Positions 16,301-28,137 of a stretch of 64,000 nt of DNA are shown here, one piece after another (positions within the stretch are counted from its first letter, which is position 1; every line of letters begins with the position of its first letter). A program made the translations under genes and the position numbers. The stretch covers positions 21,700,001 to 21,764,000 of the forward strand of contig OZ024754.1 in assembly GCA_964016885.1 (NCBI GenBank), written 5' to 3'. The notes beneath the pieces are model-generated. The model was given only the letters and a program-made list of their open reading frames with translations. It was not told the DNA's origin and searched no databases. The DNA comes from Eledone cirrhosa (taxonomy: Eukaryota).

Positions 16301-16909
16301 CCTACCCCACCTATCCCATTGTCATTTCCCACCCAGAAAAGCTTATAGCAACGTTTTTTACCCACAATAAATCTAGCAGACCAGCCCCTCCACCTGGTCT
16401 CGTGATACAGCAAATATCAACCTCCTTACGTTCAAGCATTTCTACAACCTCGTTAGAGCGGCCCTTTAAGGTGCCTACATTTATGGTACCAACTCTGAAG
16501 TTTTGGATTGTGTTTGGAGGATGGGGCGCAGGGAGGGGTGAGGGGGATGGGTTTGGGGTTATGTTGGCCATCCGCGGCCGAAACAAAGAGGAGGGGGCCT
16601 TGCCCTTTCGTCCGGCAGCATGAGGTGAATTTGTCGTTATCTTTGGCATTGTCATCGAGTGTCCAGATTCTTCAGACTCTCCAGAAATTCCTTAGTCCAT
16701 CCATCATATCGAAAAGCAGGCAGAAGTGATAGCATAGGCCGTTGACTTGTGATTGGTCCAAATAATAAGGTGGAGAGTCGGGGTGGGAGGGAGGGGTATG
16801 GGGTAGTTAGCAAAGAGAAGATTATTTAGAACAAATGGGGTAGTTAGCGAGAGGTTTTAAATGAAATCTTCGAATTTTGGGCGGCATAATTGGAGAAACA
16901 TATAACAGT
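13365..16909 (-). mobile_element. RTE family A, near full-length but degenerate (frameshifts, deletions at ~14060 and ~15260)
   Basis: Consecutive ORF pieces 16311-16655, 15244-16413, 14624-15433, 14037-14552 and 13759-13959; (TGA)n tail at 13365-13387. Confidence 0.95.
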
Positions 16910-18077
<1,168 letters not shown>

Positions 18078-18078
<1 letters not shown>

Positions 18079-21000
18079 ATCATCATCATCATCATCACCG
18101 TTTTACGTCCGTTCTTCCACGCTAGCATGGGTTAGACGGGTTGTCCTGTTGTGGGCAGTGTCTGGTCGGCTGACCATGCCTTGCTCATACAGGAACTGAT
18201 CTGGCTTGATTTCTACAGCTGGATGCCCTTCCTAACACCAACCTCATTTACAGTGAGTGCTGGGTGCTTTTTCGTGGCGCCTACACGTCCACTTTACAGT
18301 GTGGGCTGGGTGCTTTTTTGCCGTGGCACCTCCACGACCACCTTGCGGTGGGGGGGGGGGGGGGGCATATTGTTTATATGCTTCAGCATGTACCCATGGG
18401 AGGTCGGGTACCCTGTATTACTGCGTGACGCCAGAAGTCACGGTCGTGTGTCATTGACTTTGAGAGGTGTAGTTGGGTAAGGTCGGCTTTTATCACCTCA
18501 TCCCAAGTCATCTTGGGTCTCCCCACTCCGCGGTTTCCATCAACTTCTAGTGCTCTGCACCTTTTTATGCAGCTGTCATCCTTCATACGCATCACATGTC
18601 CATACCAGCGTAACCGCCTCTCCTGCACGCAGCATTTGATTCCTCTTATGCTCAGTCTCTCTCTCAATTCATTTATGCTTTGTCGTTCACGTATATTACT
18701 GTTACACATCCATCGGAGCATGCAGGCTTCGTTTCTCTCTAATCTACGTAAGTCTTCCACCTTCAGCGCCCAGGTCTCACTACCATGCAACATCGCTGTT
18801 CGGATACACGCATCATACAGTCTGCCTTTCATTCTGAGGGAGAAGCCTTTTGCAGCTAGCAGTGGTAGTAGTTCCCTAAACTTCTTCCATCCCGTTCTTA
18901 CCCTAGTTATTGTACTTTCTGAGCACCCACCTCCGTTGCTAATTCGGTCACCTAGGTAGCAGAAGCTGTCTACTGTTTCTACAGGGCCCTCCCAGAGATT
19001 GGTGGTACTTGTTTCCTGTGGCTGTTTGCTTGCTGTTTCAGCACAGCTGCTGCATGTGAATCCTACATTCTTAATTAAGCTTCCTGAGATCCCGCTACAT
19101 CTCTTGTGTACCCATTGTTTGCATTTGGGGCAAAGAATGGAGTTCCTACCTACACCTTTCCTACATACTGAGCAAGGCCATTTCCCTGAGGGGATCTGGG
19201 TTCTGTTTTCTCGTCTACTTATAAGGACCTTAGTCTTTGTCATGTTGACTTTGAGGCCCTTTCTCTCTAGTCCCTGCTTCCAGGTTTGGAATTTATTCTC
19301 TAGTTCTACCATAGATTCAGCTATGAGTGCGAGGTCATCAGCATACAGGAGTTCCCATGGGCATCCGGTCTTAAACTCCTCCGTTATTGCCTGCAGGACT
19401 ATGATGAACAGGAGAGGGCTAAGAACAGAGCCCTGGTGGACCCCAACCTGTACGCTAAATTCCTCGCTATACTCATTGCCAATCCTAACTTTGCTGACTG
19501 CTCCCCTATACATGGCTTGTACCGCTTTCACAAGCCATTCATCTACTCCTAGTTTTCTAAGAGCCCACCAGATTACTGCACGTGGAACTCTGTCAAAGGC
19601 TTTCTCAAGGTCGACAAATGCCAAGTAGAGTGGCTTACTTTTAGCTAGGTACTTTTCCTGTAATTGCCTCACAAGGAAGAGCGCATCAGTGGTGCCTTTC
19701 CCTGGAACAAACCCAAATTGCATCTCGTCTATATTCACCCGGTCCCTAATCAGCTGTGCTATAACTCTTTCTGTTACTTTCATGACCTGGTCCATCAACT
19801 TTATACCTCTATAGTTTCCTCTATCTAGTGCATCGCCTTTACCTTTGTAGCAGTTGACAATGATGCTACTGCACCAATCTTTTGGTATGGCCCCCTCTAG
19901 TATTACCTGGTTAACGATACGTGTGGTTATAGTGTGACCTACAGACCCAGATGCCTTCAGCATCTCGGCAGCTATACCCGATGGACCGGTTGCCTTCCCT
20001 ATCTTCATATCTCTGATTGCCTTACTTACTACGCTGCCGCTGACTTGTACTGCTGGTCCCTCTATAGGGTCTACGTGGGGTAGGGTCTCTTCTTCCCATG
20101 CATTCTCCTCATTTAGTAATCTATCATAATGACTCTTCCATGCATCTTTCTTCTCAGCACTTGTGAGGGCAAGCTCACCTTTATCATTCCGGATACACTT
20201 CTCTCCAATGACATCACAACTATCTCTGACACACTGCCTCGCAATCTTGAATACCTCCTGTTTCTGGTCCTCACGTTGTAAAACATGCTTGAATTTTCTA
20301 TCCTCTGCTTCCCTCCTAGCTAAGTATACTTGTCGTCTAGCTTCCCTCTTGGTCTCTATGTAATGTACCCTGCTCCCCCCGTTCTTCCATTCTTTCCATG
20401 CCTGTCTCTTGGCCTTGACTGCTTCATCTACCTTATTGTTCCACCACCAAGTCACTCTCCTCCTGCTTGAGGTCTTACTCCAGCCACAAACCTCATCCGT
20501 CGCCTCTAGTAAGTTATTTTTTAGGAACTCCCAGTTCTCTTCTACGTTAAATGTCTCTATCTGTTCTTCTTTACTGTCGTAGGCGTTGAGTAAAATATCT
20601 TTAAATCTGTTACTGGTTGAGGGGACTTTCAGCTTCCAGATCTTTCTTCTCCAGGTTGGCCTCTGTTTCAGGGCTCGTCTAGTTCTGACCGTGAGGTCGC
20701 TGACAACTAAGCTATGTTGGGATGTACATTCCTCACTAGGGAAGGCTTTTGTGTTTACGACCGTCCATCTGTCACGTCCTCTGATGAGGATAAAATCTAA
20801 CTGACTAGAGTGCTCCCCTGATCTATAGGTGATCAGGTGGTTGTCGGGTTTTTTAAAGTTTGTGTTACATATCGACATGTCATTGGCGTCGCAGAATTCT
20901 AGAAGTCTGAATCCTTCCTCATTCCTTGTGCCAACTCCATGGCCTCCATGTACTCTATTGAAGCCGTCGCAGTGTTTACCTACGTGTCCGTTAAAATCTC

Positions 21001-21811
21001 CTGCAATGATTAGGAAGTCCTTGTCGTCTGTTAGAGCAGTAGTGTGTATTAGGGACTCGTAAAACCTATCCTTAAGTTCGTCTGGCAGCCCCGATTGGGG
21101 TGCGTAAGCTGATATTATTGTGGTAATTGTCTTATTCAGGACTAGTCTGAGTTTAATGATTCTTGCATTTACCCTGTACACTGAGATTACTTTATCTACC
21201 CACTTGTCAGCTAATAGTATACCTACACCACCCATCCCATCGTCATTTCCCACCCAGAAAAATTTGTAGCACTGGCTTTTTCCTACAAGGACTCTAGCAG
21301 ACCCTCCTCTCCATCTAGTCTCTTGCACACAACATACATCAACTTCCTTTCGCTCTAGCATTTCTACGATTTCTCCTGCTCTTCCTTTCATTGAGCCTAC
21401 ATTGATGGTACCAACTCGGAGTTTTGGGCATTTGTCGACACTCGTAGGGGAGGGTCTCTGGGTTGGCGCTTCACGTGGGTGCTTGGTAGCTCGCAGATTC
21501 ATATTTCATCTATTGATTCAGAGTTGCTCGTGTATTCCCAGCTCATCCATCCCTAACGGTGAAAATTGAGGGCTAGAAGGACAGTGGTGGTGGGGTAATG
21601 GCAGGGTGTGTTGGGATGCGCCAGAGGAGGAGAGAGTTAGTTAGGCAGGTAGTAGAAGCAGCAGCAGCAGTGGAAATGGCATGCTAGGTTTGATTGGTCG
21701 AATAGGCTATGGTGGTGTGTGGGGGTGGGGGGGAGGGAAATTGTGAGGTAGGAACTGAGGGTCGCATGGTAAATATCCAAGTTAATACTACATCAGTAAA
21801 ATTAACAATAA
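18078..21811 (-). mobile_element. RTE family B, full-length LINE (5' boundary may extend to ~23214)
   Basis: Intact ORF, structured 3' UTR, (TGA)n tail at 18078-18097. Confidence 0.93.
18383..21502 (-). CDS. RTE-clade LINE polyprotein: APE endonuclease + reverse transcriptase with inserted PHD-type finger, 1039 aa, uninterrupted
   Basis: APE motifs GTINVG, CCVQETRW, AYAPQ, GDFNGHVG, QLDFIL, SQH. RT motifs NYRGIKL, QFGF, DLEKAFD, GVHQGSVLSP, YADD, FCYLG. C4HC3 at 19043-19174. Confidence 0.95.
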   Translation of the reverse strand: MNLRATKHPREAPTQRPSPTSVDKCPKLRVGTINVGSMKGRAGEIVEMLERKEVDVCCVQETRWRGGSARVLVGKSQCYKFFWVGNDDGMGGVGILLADKWVDKVISVYRVNARIIKLRLVLNKTITTIISAYAPQSGLPDELKDRFYESLIHTTALTDDKDFLIIAGDFNGHVGKHCDGFNRVHGGHGVGTRNEEGFRLLEFCDANDMSICNTNFKKPDNHLITYRSGEHSSQLDFILIRGRDRWTVVNTKAFPSEECTSQHSLVVSDLTVRTRRALKQRPTWRRKIWKLKVPSTSNRFKDILLNAYDSKEEQIETFNVEENWEFLKNNLLEATDEVCGWSKTSSRRRVTWWWNNKVDEAVKAKRQAWKEWKNGGSRVHYIETKREARRQVYLARREAEDRKFKHVLQREDQKQEVFKIARQCVRDSCDVIGEKCIRNDKGELALTSAEKKDAWKSHYDRLLNEENAWEEETLPHVDPIEGPAVQVSGSVVSKAIRDMKIGKATGPSGIAAEMLKASGSVGHTITTRIVNQVILEGAIPKDWCSSIIVNCYKGKGDALDRGNYRGIKLMDQVMKVTERVIAQLIRDRVNIDEMQFGFVPGKGTTDALFLVRQLQEKYLAKSKPLYLAFVDLEKAFDRVPRAVIWWALRKLGVDEWLVKAVQAMYRGAVSKVRIGNEYSEEFSVQVGVHQGSVLSPLLFIIVLQAITEEFKTGCPWELLYADDLALIAESMVELENKFQTWKQGLERKGLKVNMTKTKVLISRRENRTQIPSGKWPCSVCRKGVGRNSILCPKCKQWVHKRCSGISGSLIKNVGFTCSSCAETASKQPQETSTTNLWEGPVETVDSFCYLGDRISNGGGCSESTITRVRTGWKKFRELLPLLAAKGFSLRMKGRLYDACIRTAMLHGSETWALKVEDLRRLERNEACMLRWMCNSNIRERQSINELRERLSIRGIKCCVQERRLRWYGHVMRMKDDSCIKRCRALEVDGNRGVGRPKMTWDEVIKADLTQLHLSKSMTHDRDFWRHAVIQGTRPPMGTC

Positions 21812-23036
21812 TAACGTCATGAAAAAAGCTACTAAGAGAAACCCTCGAAAATTTATCGCTAATACAGCAGGGAAAATTTAACGCTAATACAGCAGGGAAC
21901 ATCATATTAACGACATGAAAAAGCTACTAAGAGAAACCCTCGAAAATTTATCGCTAATACAGCAGGGGAAATTTAACGCTAATACAGCAGGGAACATCAT
22001 ATTAACGACATGAAAAAGCTACTAAGAGAAACCCTCGAAAATTTATCGCTAATACAGCAGGGAAAATTTAACGCTAATACAGCAGGGAACATCATATTAA
22101 CGACATGAAAAAGCTACTAAGAGAAACCCTCGAAAGTTTATCGCTAATACAGCAGGGGAAATTTAACGCTAATACAGCAGGGAACATCATATTAACGACA
22201 TGAAAAAGCTACTAAGAGAAACCCTCGAAAATTTATCGCTAATACAGCAGGGAAAATTTAACGCTAATACAGCAGGGAACATCATATTAACGACATGAAA
22301 AAGCTACTAAGAGAAACCCTCGAAAATTTATCGCTAATACAGCAGGGAACATCATATTAACGACATGAAAAAGCTACTAAGAGAAACCCTCGAAAATTTA
22401 TCGCTAATACAGCAGGGAAAATTTAACGCTAATACAGCAGGGAACATCATATTAACGACATGAAAAAGCTACTAAGAGAAACCCTCGAAAGTTTATCGCT
22501 AATACAGCAGGGGAAATTTAACGCTAATACAGCAGGGAACATCATATTAACGACATGAAAAAGCTACTAAGAGAAACCCTCGAAAATTTATCGCTAATAC
22601 AGCAGGGAAAATTTAACGCTAATACAGCAGGGAACATCATATTAACGACATGAAAAAGCTACTAAGAGAAACCCTCGAAAATTTATCGCTAATACAGCAG
22701 GGGAAATTTAACGCTAATACAGCAGGGAACATCATATTAACGACATGAAAAAGCTACTAAGAGAAACCCTCGAAAATTTATCGCTAATACAGCAGGGAAA
22801 ATTTAACGCTAATACAGCAGGGAACATCATATTAACGACATGAAAAAGCTACTAAGAGAAACCCTCGAAAGTTTATCGCTAATACAGCAGGGAAAATTTA
22901 ACGCTAATACAGCAGGGAACATCATAATATTAACGACATGAAAAAGCTACTAAGAGAAACCCTCGAAAATTTATCGCTAATACAGCAGGGAAAATTTAAC
23001 GCTAATACAGCAGGGAACATCATAATATTAACGACA
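21812..23036. repeat. Tandem array, 13 units of ~95 bp with an internal 25-bp subrepeat
   Basis: Unit CATGAAAAAGCTACTAAGAGAAACCCTCGA-AAATTTATCGCTAATACAGCAGGGA-AAATTTAACGCTAATACAGCAGGGA-ACATCATATTAACGA; one 70-bp unit at 22294. Confidence 0.97.
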
Positions 23037-23214
23037 ATATGTAGGCTAAAATACCTTCGTAGATTAGGTGGATGGCTGGCTGGGAAAATTGAATCATCTC
23101 TAGTGGTACATTTTAGCAGAGAAGAATGGCAAAGTGTCTTATCTCTTCAATATTTTCAGATTGAATGAATTAGGTTAAAGACAGGGTAGTAAGCCTTAAA
23201 GAAGTGCATAGAGG

Positions 23215-23554
23215 TATGTATATATGTATGTATATATATATATATGTATGTATATATATATGTATGTATATATGTATGTATATATATATATATGTATATA
23301 TATATGTATATATATATATATGTATGTATATATGTATGTATATATATATATATGTATGTATATATGTATGTATATATATATATATGTATGTATATATGTA
23401 TGTATATATATATATATGTATATATGTATGTATATATATATATATGTATATATATATGTATATATATATATATGTATGTATATATGTATGTATATATATA
23501 TATATGTATGTATATATGTATGTATATATATATATATGTATGTATATATGTATG

Positions 23555-23594
<40 letters not shown>

Positions 23595-23955
23595 TATATG
23601 TATGTTTGACAAGCGCACCTCAGCGTGAAAGGTCGTTCTAAAAACGAAACAATATCTCCTACGTTAACCAAGAACTCCTAAGACCTAACCATCAACCACC
23701 AATTTAATTTATAAAATAATTTTTTTTAAGGCAACATGACCCTCCCAAAGTATAACAATATATATATATATACATATATATATATACATATATATATACA
23801 TATATATACATACATATATATATATATATACATATATATACATATATATATACATATAAACATGCATATATATATATATACATATAAATATATACATATA
23901 TATATATATACATATATATACATATATATATACAAATATATATACATATATATAT
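23215..23955. repeat. Two TA-rich microsatellites of opposite polarity separated by a 150-bp island (23605-23755)
   Basis: Directly visible. Confidence 0.9.
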
Positions 23956-26714
23956 AACTTTGAATAACTTTGAAATGTTTTGGCCAGTATTGGCCCAGGC
24001 CATGTCTAACTTAATAGCACCACCTGGCGAAGCCTTTCAATTCAGGATTTGGGCACCATGGCCCATTCGAGAAGAGAATTACTTTTTGCGGAGACATATC
24101 CGGGTGTGGGTGGTTTGTCCGGGATTACTTGGAGGAATTTGTCCAAAGACTTCTTGAATTTTATGTGGTCAGTTTCTGTTTTGACGTGTCCTGGTGTGAT
24201 GTTGAAGAGAGCAGGGCCGATTGAGGTGAAATAATTGTGCCGTATTGTTGTTATGAGTTGCGATTTAGATTTTTGAATGGGACGGATAGCACGGGGCCCA
24301 AGCCTTGGGTGTATCTTGAAGGCGATGCCAACATCATTTGGGCAGTGATGATGGAACATTTTCCACATCATGCAGATAATATAACGCTCACGGCGACGTT
24401 GGAGTGAGTAAAGTTTCAGGTTTTCTAATCGACCCCAGTAGTCAAGGTCTGACATGCCATCTATCTTTTTCATGATTGCCCTTTGAGGAGCTTCAAGTTT
24501 CATGATACTTTGTTTCGTGTGGGGAGACCACAGTGGACAACAGTATTCAAGGTGTGGTTGGGCGAAAGTAGAGAAGAGAAGGATAATGGTGCGGGAATCT
24601 CTCGACTGGAAGGTTCTGAGGATCCAGGAACACATTCTGCGGTCCATGTCAACTTTGCTGCTTATATGCGTGGTCCAGCTTATGTTGCTGTCCACGGTTA
24701 CTCCCAAGTCTCTGATGTTGTTAGATGCCACGAGAGTTTCCCCGGAGGGAAGGGAGTACGGGAGTTTCAGAGCATCCTCTTTTCCAAAGTGGATCAGTTC
24801 GAATTTGTCTTCGTTCAGTAACATGTTGTTCTTTTCTGCCCATTGGGTAACAGCCAGTAGGTCTGACTGAAGGCTTATCCGGTCATCCACGCCATTGATG
24901 ACCTTTTGGAGCTTGGAATCATCAGCGAAAATTTTAATGTTGCTGTGTTTGATGATGTCAGTGATGTCATTAATATAGATGATGAAGAGAAGTGGGCCCA
25001 ACACAGTGCCTTGTGGGACCCCACTACTGACTTTGGCTGGGCTTGATTTGACTCCCTCAACTACAACATGTTGGGTTCTGTTTGACAGGAAGCTCTTGAT
25101 CCACTGCAGCAGCTTTCCAGTGACACCAATATTGGACAGCTTTCTCAGTAGAATGTTATGATCAACCCTGTCAAAGGCCTTGCTGAAATCAAGGTAGATA
25201 ACATCAGTGTTGGAACCCTCTCCCAAGGCTCTCAAAATGTCATCAAAGTGATGCAGTAGCTGCGTCAGGCAATCCCTTCCATTACGGAATCCATGCTGGT
25301 TGGAGTTCAGCATATTGTTACTCTCAAGGAAGTGGGTCATTCGCGATCTCACCACTCGCTCAAATACCTTAATGATATGAGAGGTGAGTGAGATTGGACG
25401 GTAATTCACGGCAAGGGATTTGTTTCCCTTTTTGAAAACTGGGACAACAGACTGGGATAGAAGGTTTTCTGGCACATATCCAGCATCCAGTGAGTTCCGC
25501 CACAGATTGGCAAGAGGAGATGCAAGTTGGTGTTGACACGCCTTCAAGACACAAGCAGGGAACCTATCGGGACCTACTGCTGAATTATGCTTGATTTCCT
25601 TTATTGCCGCCAAGACATCAGGGGCGCCAAACGTTATGTCCGATAAGGTGTAATGGGGAGTAACATCGCCGATACAGCCCAGATCGGCCATATCAGGATT
25701 GCTGAAAACAGAGCAGTATTGTTTCTGCAGTATCTCACCCATGGTTTTAGCATTGTCTTGAAGAGTGCCATTTTCATCAATTAGAGGGCCAACAGTAGAG
25801 CCAGTGATTTTTTGTTTTTTTGCAAATGAAAAGAACACTTTGGGATTGAGTTTGATCTTCTCAATGGCCCAGGCCTCTTCAGCTCTTCTCTGATTGTTGA
25901 TGAGGGACATTATGTTGTTTTGGAGGTTATGTTTTTTAATCTCTAGTGATGAAATGGCAGTCAAGTTGATGTGTTGCTGCTGACAGTATTTCAGCTTGTT
26001 GATTTTTTTGTTCGTTCTCTTAATTTTTCTGATGAGCGTTTTTCTATTTCTAGGGATTCTGCTCTTAGATTTGTTTATAGTTCTTAATGGGGTGTGTTTA
26101 GCACATATGTTTGTAACAGTGTCCACAAATGTCTGCCAGGACTTTTTGATGTTAGTGGGTGTATGAGTGTGCGTGAAGGACCAGTCGACATGTGCAAGAT
26201 CATGACTGATCGCTTCCCAGTTTGCATTGTGGAAATCCATAGCGTCAAACGGATGGACAGGAGAGATGACATTGGGTTTGTATATTGGACGGTGGAATCT
26301 CAGATCACAGAGAACCATGTCATGATCAGAGAGTAGAGTTTTCTCCACTGCAATATTGTGGATATTGTCAGTGTGATTGCTGAAAATTAAGTCTAGGACG
26401 TTTTTGTGGCACCTCGTTGGTTCGAGCACCAGTTGGGATAGGAAGAAATCATCCATGAAGTCAAGAAGCGATTCCACAGCTTCCCTGTCAGAGGTTGAGG
26501 CAGAAGAACCTGGTGGCAGGCTGTTTGTGGACCAGTCAACTCCGGGGAGGTTGAAGTCCCCCATCATTAAGATGTTGTCAGGGTGACACTCTTGGATGAA
26601 ACACTTTATGCTGTTGAGGCATTCCTTGAAGCATGGTACAGGCGTTTGGGGTGGCCTATAGAGCCCAACTACTAATAGGTTGTTGGTTTGACTGAATACA
26701 GTGACTGCTTCACT
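23956..26714 (-). mobile_element. CR1-group LINE, 5'-truncated inside the endonuclease; remaining ORF2 open to stop at 24042
   Basis: GLYRPP, MGDFNLP, LDLIFSN, SDH; [47 protein letters not shown]; tail (TTCAAAGTTA)2. Confidence 0.92.
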
Positions 26715-26899
26715 GTGTATATGTATATATGTGTATATGTATATATGTATATGTATATATGTATATATATATATATATGTGTATATGTGTATATGTGTAT
26801 ATGTATATATGTATATATATATGTGTATATGTATATATATATACATATATGTGTGTATATGTATATATGTATATATATATATATATATATTTTTTTTTT

Positions 26900-27115
26900 G
26901 GATCGATCGACTTTCGTCAAATCGGACCGAAGAAAATGTTTCCCGTTGGTCTTTCCAGTTGCTAGTACTATCTATTGGTCGCAACTCCAGGTAGAAGGAG
27001 CAACGTGAAATAAAGTGTCTTGCTCAAGGACATAATGCATCGCCCGGTCCAGGAATCGAACTCACAACCTCAAGATTGTGAATCCAATTCTATAACCACT
27101 CAGCCACACGCCTTC
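26900..27115 (-). mobile_element. tRNA-CORE SINE, different tail subfamily
   Basis: Minus strand GAAGGCGTGTGGCTGAGTGG...GAGTTCGATTCC...CCTTGAGCAAGACACTTTATTTCAC. Confidence 0.8.
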
Positions 27116-27120
27116 ACTAT

Positions 27121-27205
<85 letters not shown>

Positions 27206-27211
27206 TATACA

Positions 27212-27995
27212 GGAGAGTGAAGGCGAAAAAGATATTGGATGCTGAATTTGCCGACAACATAGTTTTGGTGACAAACACAGTGTAGGGGGTAGAGGATTTG
27301 ATGCAGGAGGTGGAGACTGTCAATGAGTGTGGGGCTGAGAATGAATGAGATTACGACAAAATATCTGGTAGAGAATATTAAGAAGCCAGAGAAGATTACT
27401 AATGTAGGCGTGAAGCCACTAGAATTGGTTGAGGACTTCCTGTATTTGGCAGCAAAGATCGGGAATATGGAAGATGATGTGGTTGAGAGGAAGAGCAAAG
27501 CCTGGGTGGCGTTCCACAGCATGAGATTGGTGTGGAAGTCGGACCTTTGTAAAGACCTGAAAATCCGCCTCTTCATTGCTGTAGTGGAGTCTGTGCTGCT
27601 GTACAGGTCTGAGACTTGGACACTGACCAAGAAACTCACTCAGATGGTGGATGGGTGCTACACGAGAATGCTGAAGATGGCTCTGAACATTAATCAGTAT
27701 ACACTGAGGATGAATGTACGGGAGCCTCCCAAAAGTCAGCTCAAAAGTGACACAGAGGAGACTGAGATTAGCTGGACATGCTCACTGACATCCAGAGTTG
27801 ACACTGCATTCAGTGCTCCTGCATGGACACACTGGAAGAGGAAGACCGAGATTAACATATGTTGATGTCCTAAGGCCAGAAATATTGTGCCATGTCCTGC
27901 GTCTATTGGAGACGCAGGACATGGCAGCGATAATGAGGGACAGAGACCGCTGGAGAGAAATCATCCATGGATCTCGGGAATTTTACCCATCCTAG
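27212..27995 (+). mobile_element. Degenerate RTE-group LINE fragment (separate family, no PHD insert)
   Basis: EFADNIVL...GLRMNEITTK...VEDFLYL...LKIRLF...ESVLLYRSETWTL. Confidence 0.8.
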
Positions 27996-28137
27996 ATAGA
28001 TGTATGTATTTTATATATATATATGTGTGTGTTCGTATATATGTATGTATATCACTCATGCACACACAAACAAACAGTCCTTCTTATGAACAAACACATA
28101 CACGCCACTCACACACACTAACGCAGAATATATAAGC

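Noticed and set aside
18513-21062. Plus-strand ORFs overlapping the RTEs (also 11144-12028 and 14200-15874)
   Set aside because: Antisense shadows of the LINE coding strand with no independent motifs
21812-23036. CRISPR-like array next to a reverse transcriptase
   Set aside because: The sequences between repeats are identical, not unique spacers; no cas genes; eukaryotic context
23036-23214. HDV-like ribozyme at the RTE 5' end
   Set aside because: Looked for because some RTEs carry one; no nested double-pseudoknot pattern was visible here or at 16740-16909
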